The position numbers and the translations under genes were made by a program. Under the pieces are notes generated by a model. That model was not told where the DNA came from and made no database searches. It saw only the letters and a list, made by a program, of their open reading frames with translations. From Thermoanaerobaculia bacterium (GTDB lineage Bacteria; Acidobacteriota; Thermoanaerobaculia; UBA5066), in the NCBI GenBank assembly GCA_038245905.1, contig JBBRRY010000015.1, positions 19,361 to 83,360 of the forward strand: DNA of 64,000 nt. Direction: 5' to 3'. The stretch's first letter is position 1, and the number at the start of each line of letters is the position of its first letter. Shown here in pieces: positions 28,714 through 38,237 of this stretch.

Positions 28714-29651
28714 GAAGGACTCGTTTCGGTCGTGAGGGCGAGGCGGATCGCGCCCATTTCCGGGGAATGGGCGGCGGGACCGACGCGCGCGAGCGGGGCC
28801 ACGCGCCGGATCGCTTCGGCGAGAGGGTCCGTGACGAACGCGCCGGCCGCGAAGACGCCGCCGATGGTCGCGACGGGAAACGAGGCGCTCTCGAGGCCCA
28901 GCTTTTTCACGACCGTCACGACGTCGAGCGCGAGATCGTGTCCGGCCTCCGCGAGGATGCGCCGCGCCTCGCCATCGCCCGCGCGGGCCGCCGCGAGAAC
29001 GACCGGAAAATACGCCGCGATGTCGGCGGCGCCGTCCTCGGAGCGGTAGATTCTCTCGAGCAGCTCGGTCAAAGACGAGACACCGCCCGTGGAGAAGAGA
29101 AGCTCCTTGATCGCCGTCGGGGGACCGCGGCCGTCGAGCTCGCGAACGACGGCGACGAGGCCCTGCCGGGCGATGGCATAACCGCCCCCTTCGTCGCTCA
29201 GGAGGGGTCCGAATCCGCCGGCGCGCGCCGTGGCGCCGCCTTCTCCCTGCCCGAAGGCGATGGCTCCCGTGCCTGCGATGACCACGACCGCAGGCGCGTC
29301 GACGCGATCGGGAGCCGCGCCCGAGAGAGCGATCCGCGCGTCGCTCGTGAGGAGGACGCGGCTCTTCACGAAGACCGACTCGAGTGCCTTGAGGAGGGGC
29401 TGCCGGTCCCGGATCGAGTCGACGCCGGCAAGGCCCACGACGACGGCTTCGGGGGGCACATCCCCGAGATCCGCCGCGAGAAGAGCGTCCGATGCAGCTT
29501 CCTGGACGGATTCCACGACCCGGGGGAGGGGGCGGGTGGCCACGTTCCCGGGGCCGGACGCGCCCCGGCCCAGCGGCGCGAGGTCCTTTCGAGCGACGAC
29601 GGCGCGCGTACGGGTCCCCCCGCCGTCAATTCCGATGAAGAACGGCCCCAC
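28710..29651 (-). CDS. BadF/BadG/BcrA/BcrD family N-acetylglucosamine/MurNAc kinase
   Basis: GIDGGGT, IAGTG and RAGG.G.L.SDEG.G; operon with murQ and nagA. Confidence 0.88.
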   Translation of the reverse strand: MGPFFIGIDGGGTRTRAVVARKDLAPLGRGASGPGNVATRPLPRVVESVQEAASDALLAADLGDVPPEAVVVGLAGVDSIRDRQPLLKALESVFVKSRVLLTSDARIALSGAAPDRVDAPAVVVIAGTGAIAFGQGEGGATARAGGFGPLLSDEGGGYAIARQGLVAVVRELDGRGPPTAIKELLFSTGGVSSLTELLERIYRSEDGAADIAAYFPVVLAAARAGDGEARRILAEAGHDLALDVVTVVKKLGLESASFPVATIGGVFAAGAFVTDPLAEAIRRVAPLARVGPAAHSPEMGAIRLALTTETSPS

Positions 29652-29726
29652 GGAGCCAGCTTAGCAAGGGCGGCCAGATTCACCCGCATCAGTTCCGGCG
29701 ATCCGCGGGCGCGTTAGATTCACCCC

Positions 29727-31043
29727 ATGACGTTCGACACCGACTGGAAGACCCGCTACTCCCGAAAGGTCGCGACGGCCGAAGACGCCGTACGTGCCAT
29801 CCTCCCGGGCCGCCGCATCCTGATCGGCTCCGGCGCCGGCGAACCGGGGCGCCTCGTCGAGGCCCTCGTGTCGCACGCCACGCAGCTCCGCGGAAACGAA
29901 ATCGTCCACCTCATGACGCTCGGGGCCGCCCCTTACGTCGCCCCGGGACTCGAGGACCGCTTCCGCCACATGGCGTTCTTCATCGGGTCGAACGTGCGGG
30001 GCGCCGTCCAGGAAGGACGCGCCGACTTCCTGCCCGTCTTCCTGTCCGAGATCCCGCAGCTCATCACGAGCGGGCGTCTCGGAGTGCATGCGGCGCTCGT
30101 ACAGGTGAGTCCGCCCGACCACCACGGATTCGTAAGCCTCGGGGTTTCCGTCGACATCGTGCGGGGTGCCGTGGACACGGCCGACATCGTCCTCGCCGAG
30201 GTCAATCCGAACATGCCGCGGACGCTCGGCGACTCTTTCCTCCACGTGGACCGCATCGCGCACCTCGTGCCCGTGGACGACCCGCTGCACGAGCTCAAAC
30301 CCGAGCCGCTCGACGAAGTCTGCCGGCAGATCGGGCATCACGCCGCGCAGCTGATCCAGGACGGGTCGACTCTGCAGATGGGAATCGGGCGCATCCCGGA
30401 TGCGGTCATGAGCGGCCTCCGGGAGCGAAGCGACCTCGGGATCCACACGGAGATGCTGTCCGACGGCGTCATGGCGCTCGCGAAGGCCGGCGTGATCACG
30501 GGCCGGAAGAAGACGCTCCTCCCGGGCAAGATCGTCACGTCCTTCATCATGGGCACGCGCGCTCTCTACGACTGGGTGGACGACAACCCCGTCGTCGAAA
30601 TGCGCCCTTCGAGCTTCACGAACGACTCGTTCCAGATCGCGCGAAACGACAAGATGGTCGCGCTGAACTCGGCCCTTGCCGTTGACCTCACCGGCCAGGT
30701 CGCGGCCGACTCGATTGGCGGGCGCTTCTTCTCGGGCATCGGGGGCCAGGTGGACTTCATCCGGGGCGCCGCGCGCAGCAAAGGCGGCAAGCCCATCATC
30801 GCCCTGCCGTCGACCGCCAAGAACGGCGCGATCAGCCGCATCGTCCCGGTGCTCGAGGAAGGGGCCGGTGTCGTGACGAGCCGCGGAGACATTCACTACG
30901 TCGTCACGGAGTACGGGGCCGCGGATCTGTGGGGCAAGAACATCCGCCAGAGAACGGAAGCGCTCATCGGCATCGCGCACCCGGATTTCCGCGCCGACCT
31001 CCTGGCGAGCGCGAAGGCCCGGAAATACGTATTCGCCGGCTGA
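29727..31043 (+). CDS. Acetyl-CoA hydrolase/4-hydroxybutyrate CoA-transferase family
   Basis: LQMGIG.IP, LGIHTEM, SGIGGQVDF.RGA and VVTEYG.A.L.GK. Confidence 0.93.
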   Translation: MTFDTDWKTRYSRKVATAEDAVRAILPGRRILIGSGAGEPGRLVEALVSHATQLRGNEIVHLMTLGAAPYVAPGLEDRFRHMAFFIGSNVRGAVQEGRADFLPVFLSEIPQLITSGRLGVHAALVQVSPPDHHGFVSLGVSVDIVRGAVDTADIVLAEVNPNMPRTLGDSFLHVDRIAHLVPVDDPLHELKPEPLDEVCRQIGHHAAQLIQDGSTLQMGIGRIPDAVMSGLRERSDLGIHTEMLSDGVMALAKAGVITGRKKTLLPGKIVTSFIMGTRALYDWVDDNPVVEMRPSSFTNDSFQIARNDKMVALNSALAVDLTGQVAADSIGGRFFSGIGGQVDFIRGAARSKGGKPIIALPSTAKNGAISRIVPVLEEGAGVVTSRGDIHYVVTEYGAADLWGKNIRQRTEALIGIAHPDFRADLLASAKARKYVFAG

Positions 31044-31062
31044 CCCGCGCTAACCTCGCGGC

Positions 31063-32985
31063 GTGCGCCGCCGGCTCCCGACGTTTCTCGCGCCTCTCCT
31101 GCTCCTTCTCGCCGCCTTCGCCCTGAAGACGGCGCTGCTCGAGCATTTCGACACGCATCCGCTCCTCCAGCCCGCGGGAGACATGGACAGCGGCGTTTAT
31201 GCGCGGCTCGCGGCCGACGTCGCACGCGGCGACTTGCTCCTCCGCGGGCCGGGTCCCGTCCCGTATTTCGTCTCGCCGCTCTACATCTATTTCCTCGCAG
31301 CGGTTCACGCGCTCTCGGCGGGCTCGCTGTTCGCGGCGAAAGTCGTCCAGATCGTCCTTGGGACGGCCGTCGTTGGGCTCGTCTGGGCGATGACGCGCCG
31401 GCTCTTCGACGACCGCGCCGCGCTCGTCGCGGGAATCCTCTACGCGCTCACCGGCATCGTGTCGTTCCACGAGATTCTGATCTTGCAGGCCGCGCTGGAT
31501 CCCTTCCTGACCGCGCTCTTTCTTTTCCTGCTGGCGGTTGCACTCAGTCCAGACCAGCCGAAGACTTCTTTGAAGGTGAATGAGGAGAAGGCAGCAGCAT
31601 GGGCGGCGGCCGGGGCCGCGCTGGGCCTTTTCGCGTTGAATCGCCCCAACGTTCTCCCATTCGCGGCGGTCGTCGCAGTCGGACTCGTCGTGCGGGGCAT
31701 CGGCGCACGCGGCGAGCGTCCTCTCTCTCCTCCTTTCAAAGAGAATCCTCTTCGAACGCTGGGATTTGCCGGGGCCTTCCTCGCAGGCACCGCCGCGATC
31801 GTGGCGCTGCCCCTCGCGCGCAATCTCATCGTCTCCGGCGAGCCCGTCCTGATCTCCTCGCACGGCGGCCTGAACCTCCTCGTCGGTAACGGGCCCGGCG
31901 CGAACGGGGTATACCGATGGCTGGACGGCATCACGCCGTCTGTCTCCGGCCAGGCCGCGGACGCGAAAAAGCTCGCGGAACGTGAGACGGGACGGCCGCT
32001 CACGACGCGCGAGGTGTCGTCGTTCTTCGCGCGGCGCGCATTTTCCTGGATGGCCGAACAGCCCCAGGCGGCGGTACGCCTCTTCGCCCGGAAAATCTGG
32101 TACGTCTTCTCGAACGACGAGCTGTCGCTCAATTTCAGCGCGACGTGGTACCGCCGCGAGAGCGTCCTCCTCCGGCTTCTCGCCGTGGGGCCGTGGCTGC
32201 TGGTGCCGCTCGGGATGGCGGGCCTCGTTCTCGCCGTCCTCGGCGCAGGGAGATTCCCGGGGCGTGTCGCGGGGATCTGGGCTTCCTTCGTGCCGGTCTA
32301 CGCGCTCCTCGTCGCCGCGTTCTTCGTGGCGACGCGCTATCGGCTGCCCCTCGCAGTCCCACTCGCGGCCGGAGCGGGCGGGGCGGTGTCGATCGTGTGG
32401 ACGTCGCTCCTGAAGCGAGACGGGAAGCGCGACCGGAAGCCAGTTCTCGTAGCCGCATGCGTCGCCCTGCCGTGCCTGCTCCTCGCGCTCTGGCCGACCG
32501 GCGTCGACGACGGCTCGTCGGAAGAAGAAATGCAGTGGGTGCTCGCCCTGATCGAGACGGGCGATGTCTCCGAGAGCACGACGCGCCTCCACACGCTCGC
32601 GAAAACGTATCCGATGCCGGGCGTCCTGTGGTTCCGGGCGGGCCAGGCCTGGGCCGCTGCCGGCCGCCTCGACGACGCGATCTCCGCTCTCGAGCGGGCG
32701 CGCGCGATCGACCTCGAGCAGAAGGAGACGAGAGGCGTGCTCGCGGCCGCACGCGAGAGGCGGGGAATGGAGCGCGCGACGGCGGGAAAGATGTCGGACG
32801 CGGCGGCGGACATGGAGGAGGCCGCGCGCCTCGACCCGGGCAATCCGGCCATCCGGGTGAACCTCGCCGCGATTCTGGCGGAGCAGGGAGATAGTGCGCG
32901 GGCACGCTCTCTCGCGTCGGAGGCGCTCGCGCTTCGGCCCGGCTACGACAAGGCCGAGGCGCTCCTCCGGGCCCTTCCCAAATGA
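31063..32985 (+). CDS. GT39/PMT-like membrane glycosyltransferase with C-terminal TPRs
   Basis: GDMD...Y, PLYIYFL, multiple TMs, GGLNL.VGN, RYRLP and C-terminal TPR helices. Confidence 0.8.
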   Translation: MRRRLPTFLAPLLLLLAAFALKTALLEHFDTHPLLQPAGDMDSGVYARLAADVARGDLLLRGPGPVPYFVSPLYIYFLAAVHALSAGSLFAAKVVQIVLGTAVVGLVWAMTRRLFDDRAALVAGILYALTGIVSFHEILILQAALDPFLTALFLFLLAVALSPDQPKTSLKVNEEKAAAWAAAGAALGLFALNRPNVLPFAAVVAVGLVVRGIGARGERPLSPPFKENPLRTLGFAGAFLAGTAAIVALPLARNLIVSGEPVLISSHGGLNLLVGNGPGANGVYRWLDGITPSVSGQAADAKKLAERETGRPLTTREVSSFFARRAFSWMAEQPQAAVRLFARKIWYVFSNDELSLNFSATWYRRESVLLRLLAVGPWLLVPLGMAGLVLAVLGAGRFPGRVAGIWASFVPVYALLVAAFFVATRYRLPLAVPLAAGAGGAVSIVWTSLLKRDGKRDRKPVLVAACVALPCLLLALWPTGVDDGSSEEEMQWVLALIETGDVSESTTRLHTLAKTYPMPGVLWFRAGQAWAAAGRLDDAISALERARAIDLEQKETRGVLAAARERRGMERATAGKMSDAAADMEEAARLDPGNPAIRVNLAAILAEQGDSARARSLASEALALRPGYDKAEALLRALPK

Positions 32986-32987
32986 AA

Positions 32988-33011
32988 CGGCCCGGCGTTT
33001 CCGCCGGGCCG
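32988..33011 (-). terminator. Intrinsic terminator downstream of the TonB-dependent receptor
   Basis: CGGCCCGGCG-tttc-CGCCGGGCCG stem followed by TTTCATTT on the minus strand; lies between convergent genes. Confidence 0.75.
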
Positions 33012-33033
33012 GGAGGAATCGGGAGGGGCGCTT

Positions 33034-35796
33034 CTAGAAGTTGAAGAGCGCCGTCAGGAGGAAGCGGCGAGCCGCCGTGTATGCCGTCGGGGCCCCGAAG
33101 TTCGCGTTCGGCTTCGTCGTCCCCTGCGGACCGAGGTTCCGCGCCGGCGTCCCGTCGACGTAGTCGTCGAAGTACTGGGTGCGGTCCACGGCGGAGATGA
33201 TCTGCGTGTTGAAAACGTTCTGGACGCGGCCTTCGAGGCGGAGGCCCATGTCGCCGCCGAGCTTGAACGTGTAGCCGAGGAGAAGGTCGAGGTTCGACCA
33301 CGTCGGCAGGCGGCGCGATCCGGCCGGCTCGAGGTAGCGCAGGAAGCTGCCGTTCGCGTCCATACCCGTCGCCTGCCAGGCCGCGCCGCTCTGGAGGCGG
33401 TAGAAGCCGCCCAGCGAGAATCCGTAGGGCAGGTCATAGCTCGCGAAGATCTTGAGGATGTGAGGGCGGTCCTGCCCGAGCGTGCCGTTGCGGTTCGGCT
33501 CGGCGCTGTTGATGCCCGGGTTGTCCTCGAGGAGCGAGGACGTATTGAAGAGTCCGAGGCCGTATTCCTCGTCGAAGTTCCCGCGGAGCTCGCTGTAGGT
33601 GTAGTTCACGTTCGCGTACCAGCCGTGGGAATACCGCTTCGTGAGGTCGAGGGTGACGCCTCGGTAGTTGCGCGTCGCGCCCGCGATGTTCGCGGCCTTG
33701 AAGGAGCCGAAGTAGTTGTCCGGGTCGATCGGCGCGTCCTCGAAGGCGTCCTTGAGGGCCCGCTGCTGGTAGTAGACCTCGAAGGAGAAGTCGCTCCCCA
33801 ACGGGGCGGCGTAGCCGAGGATGAATTCCTGATAGGAGGGCGGCTTGAGGTCGGCGGGAATGACCTTGCCGCCGGAAGAGCCGCGGATCTGCTGGCCGAG
33901 GTACACGCCGGTCACCTTGTCGAACCACGCCTGGTCCTGACGGATCCGGAAGGGCGCGAACGAGCGGGCGGTCGACTTCTGGTCGAGGCTCAGGTAGCGC
34001 CCGAAGCTGCCGTAGAACTTGTCACCGGCGAGGAGCTCGGCGTTGTACGCGAGGCCGATGCGCGGCTGTATCTCGTCCTTCCAGTCGAAGGACATGAAGT
34101 TGTAGCGCGTCTCCTCGGTCACGAGACTGGTGCCGCAGACGACGCCCGGCATGCACACCTGCGCGAAGTCGTCCTTATTCACGAGGACGCCGACGGTGGC
34201 CGTCAGGCGCTTCCACGTGAGCTGGTCCTGAAGAAATACGGAGTAGGTGCGCGCTTTGCTGTTCTGCTCGGGCTGCAGCGTGTAGTAGCGGGCGCGGATC
34301 TGGCCGGACCGCGATGTCCCACAGACGGAGGCAGGGCATGTCGAGCTTGCGATGAAGGCTCCCCACCCGTTCGTCTGCCGCACGAGGTCGTAGGTGTCGT
34401 TCTCGTAGCCGCCGCCGGCCTTGAGCTGATTCTGCGTCTCGCCGAGGTCGAAGAACGTGCTCGCCGTGAGCTTGATCTCGTCACGCTTGTACGAGTCGCC
34501 GACGTTCGCGAACTCGTAAAAGCCTGTGTTGCCACCCGAGCGGTTCACGTTGTCGTAGAACGCGCCGTAATTCCCGAGGTTTGCCGGGTCAACCGTGCGC
34601 GGCTGGCCCGAGAGTGTGTTCTGGGCCTGTTGCGTGTCGTTCTCCGTAAGGTGGACGTATTTCGCCTCGACGTAGCTGTCCTTGTTGACGAACCAGTTCG
34701 CGACGACGCTGGTTACGTAATTCGTCGTATCGGCGTCCCACCCTGCCTTCGGCGTGTCGAACAGCGAGTCGAAGCCGTTCGAGACCTTGTTCGGAAGCGC
34801 CCGGAACCCGGCGTTCAGGAGGAAGGAGGAGCCGAGGTAGCCGGTCAGCTTTCCGAAGTAGTCCTGGTTGTGGGTCGTTGTGTCCGGGAGGGAGCCGTAC
34901 TGGCTGCCCTGACCGGTGGACTTCGCGGAGAAGTAGCGGCCGGACGCATAGCCGAAGAGCATGTCCTTGACGATCGGGAACCCGATGTTCGCGGCGCCCG
35001 TATACCGGTCGGTCGTCTGGGTGGACGCGCCCGTGACCGGTGCGGCGATGAACCCGTCGGGTTGCGCCTCGACGCGGAGGCCACCGTGGATGTCGTTCGT
35101 GCCCGACTTCGTGACCGCGTTGACGATGGCGCCCGACGTGCGTCCGAACTCGGCGGAAATTCCGCCCTTCTTGATGTTGACGTCCGCGATGTCGAGCTCG
35201 TTCGTGTCGACCTGCAGGTAGCCATAGCCGGGGTTCGTGATGTTGACCCCGTCGACCATGTACTTGTTGTCCTGCCGCGTCCCGCCCGCGACGGAGACGT
35301 ACCCGTTGCCCGCGGTGGCGGCGGCGCCCGGGATCAGGTTCAGGATGCCCTCGTACGTGCGCGCGAGCGGGAGCGACTTGATCTCGGTGTCGGTGAAGTT
35401 CGCGTTGACCTCGGCGCTCTTCTTGTCCACTTCGGCGGCGGTGGCGGTGACCGTCACCTCGGCCCTGGCGGACTGAACCAGCTTGAGATGGACCTGCGCG
35501 TCGACGTCGACCTGAACCTGTACCGTGCTCGCGGCCTTGCCGAGTCCCTGAAGACTCGCCTCGACCGTGTATTTGCCGGGAATCAGGACGGGGAAGTTGT
35601 AGGCGCCCCTGGCGGACGTGACGGCGGACCGGCCCGCGGGGAGCTGCGGACCGGAAACCTTCACCGTCGCGCCCGGGACTCCGACGCCGCTCGAATCCGT
35701 GATGGCGCCGGAAATCGATCCAGTCTCCGCCGCCCACGTGGCGGTGGCCGTCACGAGGAGCACGAGTGAGAGCAGTGCACGCGAGATAAACCTCAT
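33034..35796 (-). CDS. TonB-dependent receptor with carboxypeptidase-regulatory-like N-domain (Oar-like)
   Basis: AGGAGG RBS, signal peptide, TGSISG...PGATV, SAEFGR.SG.IVNAVTKSGTN plug, QPRIG, terminal Phe. Confidence 0.92.
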   Translation of the reverse strand: MRFISRALLSLVLLVTATATWAAETGSISGAITDSSGVGVPGATVKVSGPQLPAGRSAVTSARGAYNFPVLIPGKYTVEASLQGLGKAASTVQVQVDVDAQVHLKLVQSARAEVTVTATAAEVDKKSAEVNANFTDTEIKSLPLARTYEGILNLIPGAAATAGNGYVSVAGGTRQDNKYMVDGVNITNPGYGYLQVDTNELDIADVNIKKGGISAEFGRTSGAIVNAVTKSGTNDIHGGLRVEAQPDGFIAAPVTGASTQTTDRYTGAANIGFPIVKDMLFGYASGRYFSAKSTGQGSQYGSLPDTTTHNQDYFGKLTGYLGSSFLLNAGFRALPNKVSNGFDSLFDTPKAGWDADTTNYVTSVVANWFVNKDSYVEAKYVHLTENDTQQAQNTLSGQPRTVDPANLGNYGAFYDNVNRSGGNTGFYEFANVGDSYKRDEIKLTASTFFDLGETQNQLKAGGGYENDTYDLVRQTNGWGAFIASSTCPASVCGTSRSGQIRARYYTLQPEQNSKARTYSVFLQDQLTWKRLTATVGVLVNKDDFAQVCMPGVVCGTSLVTEETRYNFMSFDWKDEIQPRIGLAYNAELLAGDKFYGSFGRYLSLDQKSTARSFAPFRIRQDQAWFDKVTGVYLGQQIRGSSGGKVIPADLKPPSYQEFILGYAAPLGSDFSFEVYYQQRALKDAFEDAPIDPDNYFGSFKAANIAGATRNYRGVTLDLTKRYSHGWYANVNYTYSELRGNFDEEYGLGLFNTSSLLEDNPGINSAEPNRNGTLGQDRPHILKIFASYDLPYGFSLGGFYRLQSGAAWQATGMDANGSFLRYLEPAGSRRLPTWSNLDLLLGYTFKLGGDMGLRLEGRVQNVFNTQIISAVDRTQYFDDYVDGTPARNLGPQGTTKPNANFGAPTAYTAARRFLLTALFNF

Positions 35797-35820
35797 TCCA
35801 GATCTCCTCCTTAAATAGAT

Positions 35821-35833
35821 AATCAATAATTTA
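35821..35833 (+). promoter_or_regulatory. IHF consensus site in an AT-rich divergent promoter region
   Basis: AATCAATAATTTA is an exact WATCAA-N4-TTR match. Confidence 0.5.
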
Positions 35834-35953
35834 ACGTGAACCACGGGGGTTTTTACCACGAAAGGGCAATCGTGATCGAGTGTCCAATGGCCGTCCAATT
35901 CATTGGAGCCACGGCTTCGCCGCTCCTTCGCGGATAATCGGGCGGAACCTCAC

Positions 35954-37387
35954 TTGAGCGACTCGACCAGAATCCTTAACGGCACGTACGAACTTCTGGG
36001 AAAAGTGCGCGCGGGCGGCATGGGGGCGGTCTGGAAGGCGCGTCACGTGAAGCTCGGGACGACCTGCGTCGTGAAGCTGCTGCACGAGTCGCTCATCGAC
36101 GATCCCTCGGCGCAGGAGCGCTTCAAGCGCGAGGCTCAGACCGCCCTGAAAGTGAACCACCCGAACGTCGTGCGTTTCTTCGACTACGCGATGGAGCCGG
36201 ACGGAACGGCCGTTCTCGTCATGGAGTACATCCCGGGAGTCGATGTCTCCGAGCTCATGAAGTCCACGGGGCGGCCCCCGCTCCCCGTGGCGCTCGAGAT
36301 CGCGCGTCAGACGCTTGCCGCGCTCGGAGCGCTCCACGCAATGGGAATCGTCCATCGCGACGTCTCGCCGGACAACCTCATGCTCACGGTCGACAAGGAC
36401 GGCACGCTCCTTGTGAAGCTCGTCGACCTCGGCCTCGCGAAGGAGATGGACCAGAAGAGCCTGACCGAGACTGGCATGTTCATGGGCAAGCTCAAGTACG
36501 GCTCGCCCGAGCAGCTCGGTCCCGCCCGGAAGGCGGGGATAGACCTCAGGAGCGACCTCTACGGCTTCTCGGTCGTGCTCTATCAGATCCTGACGGGGAC
36601 GCCGCCCTTCGAGGCGGACACGCCTGGAGGCTGGGTCTACGCGCACCTGTCCGAGGCACCGCGGCCGTTCGCCGAGACCGATCCTCAAGGACGCATCCCC
36701 GGGGACGTCTGCATCGCCGTGATGCGCGGCCTGGAAAAAGACCGCGCCCAGCGGTTTCAGTCGGCTGCGGATTACGCGAAGGCGCTCGAGCCCGTGCGGA
36801 GGCGACTCGGAGACGCCGGTCTCGCCGAGACGCTCGGCACGATCCGCACGCTGGCCGAGGCACGGAAGGCGCGCTCCGTCGAGGCGGTCCGCTTCGGCTC
36901 GAAGGTCGCGCGCGATCCCTCTTCAGGCGCGGGGTACGGGCCGTCCTGGTCCGCAGGGCGCCTGAGGTGGGGTGTTGCCGCCGGCGTTGCGGCGGTTGGA
37001 CTCGCCTTGTTGCTCTTCTGGATGCGGCGCGGCAATCCACAGGAGCCAAGGCTCGCGCCGTCTGCCTCGCCCGGCACGCCACGCGTGTCGCCCGCCGCGC
37101 GTGCGGTGCGGACCGTCCTGGCGAAGGGCGGGATCTCGTTCGTCGCTCTCCCGAATGCCGACATCCGCGTCTTTGCCGCGGCGACATCGGAGGAAGTCCC
37201 CCTCCCCGGACACACCACGCCGCTGTATGTCTCGCTCTCGCCGGGTATCTATCGCGTCGAGCTGACGTTCCCGGGCGCGCGGCCGGCAACCCGGCTCGTG
37301 ACCGTGGAGCCGGGGCGCGCGATCGCGGTGCGCGTCGAAGACCCGAAGTTCGACGTCGAGAAGCTCGTGGCCGCCTATGTACCTTAG
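35954..37387 (+). CDS. Membrane Ser/Thr protein kinase with C-terminal PEGA-like domain
   Basis: GGMGAV, VVK, RFKREA, HRDVSPDN, DLG (for DFG), YGSPEQ, one TM helix. Start uncertain (TTG 35954 or 35903). Confidence 0.9.
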   Translation: MSDSTRILNGTYELLGKVRAGGMGAVWKARHVKLGTTCVVKLLHESLIDDPSAQERFKREAQTALKVNHPNVVRFFDYAMEPDGTAVLVMEYIPGVDVSELMKSTGRPPLPVALEIARQTLAALGALHAMGIVHRDVSPDNLMLTVDKDGTLLVKLVDLGLAKEMDQKSLTETGMFMGKLKYGSPEQLGPARKAGIDLRSDLYGFSVVLYQILTGTPPFEADTPGGWVYAHLSEAPRPFAETDPQGRIPGDVCIAVMRGLEKDRAQRFQSAADYAKALEPVRRRLGDAGLAETLGTIRTLAEARKARSVEAVRFGSKVARDPSSGAGYGPSWSAGRLRWGVAAGVAAVGLALLLFWMRRGNPQEPRLAPSASPGTPRVSPAARAVRTVLAKGGISFVALPNADIRVFAAATSEEVPLPGHTTPLYVSLSPGIYRVELTFPGARPATRLVTVEPGRAIAVRVEDPKFDVEKLVAAYVP

Positions 37388-38237
37388 GCCAGCGCTTCTC
37401 CTCGCCCTCTGCCTCCTGGCTGGGCGACTCTTCGCGCAGGACGCGGCGGATTCCTATCAAGCGGGGCTCGACGCGTTTGCAAGGAGGGACTTCGGCGCGG
37501 CGGCGAATGCGTTTCGGCAGGCGATCCGGCGGGAGCCCGGCGAGCAGCGGCGGCTTCACATCAGCGGCACGTTCTTTCACGAGAACTACGTTCCGCACTT
37601 CTTTCTCGGGCTTTCGCTGAAAGAGCTGGGAGACGCTCCGGGGGCGCGCGCGGAGCTCGTGCTTTCCAGGAGCCAGGGCCTCGTCCCCCAGCACCCGGCC
37701 TACGGCCCGCGTCTTGCCGCCGCGCTCCTCGAGCTGGAGGCGAAGAGGTCCTCGTCGGCTCCTTTGCCCGCGAAGCCCGTCGCGATTCCGGCGACGGTGG
37801 TGACGACGACCGCGGCGACGCCGCGCCCGGGCCTCTCCGCCCCGCTCGGACCCGCCGCCGGCGTTCCGCCTCTTCCCGCCGCGTCGGGGGCTGAGACCGC
37901 GTTCCAACCCGAAGCGGCTCCCGTGTCGGAGACGCGGATCGTGCTTCGGAACGGCATCCGTTCCTTTTTCCGCGGCGACTACGATGGCTCGATCAAGACG
38001 CTCTCGGGTCTTTCCGACGCCGGCAACGAAACGGCGCGTCTCTTCACCGCGTACGCGATGGCGGGGTCCGTGCTCGCGGGCGGCCGGGAGGCGGGTCCGG
38101 AGCTGCCGCGCGCCCGCGCCCTGTTCGAAGGCTTGCCCGGCCGCACGCGGCCGAGGAAGCCGCCCGGCGTATCCGCGCGGATTCTGGAGGCGCTTGCCGC
38201 CCCGGCCGGCGGCCGCTCGGCCGATCGCTCCCCATGA
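37377..38237 (+). CDS. Secreted TPR-like protein with Pro/Ala/Thr linker
   Basis: Signal peptide; YQAGL.AF..RDF..A..AF..AI TPR-like helices; overlaps both neighbours. Confidence 0.7.
   Translation: MYLRPALLLALCLLAGRLFAQDAADSYQAGLDAFARRDFGAAANAFRQAIRREPGEQRRLHISGTFFHENYVPHFFLGLSLKELGDAPGARAELVLSRSQGLVPQHPAYGPRLAAALLELEAKRSSSAPLPAKPVAIPATVVTTTAATPRPGLSAPLGPAAGVPPLPAASGAETAFQPEAAPVSETRIVLRNGIRSFFRGDYDGSIKTLSGLSDAGNETARLFTAYAMAGSVLAGGREAGPELPRARALFEGLPGRTRPRKPPGVSARILEALAAPAGGRSADRSP

Noticed and set aside
33460-35769. 769-aa plus-strand ORF (likewise 52891-54735, 61654-63954, 41637-43490)
   Set aside because: Antisense shadows of the TonB receptor, nosZ, CRTAC1-like and topoisomerase genes.
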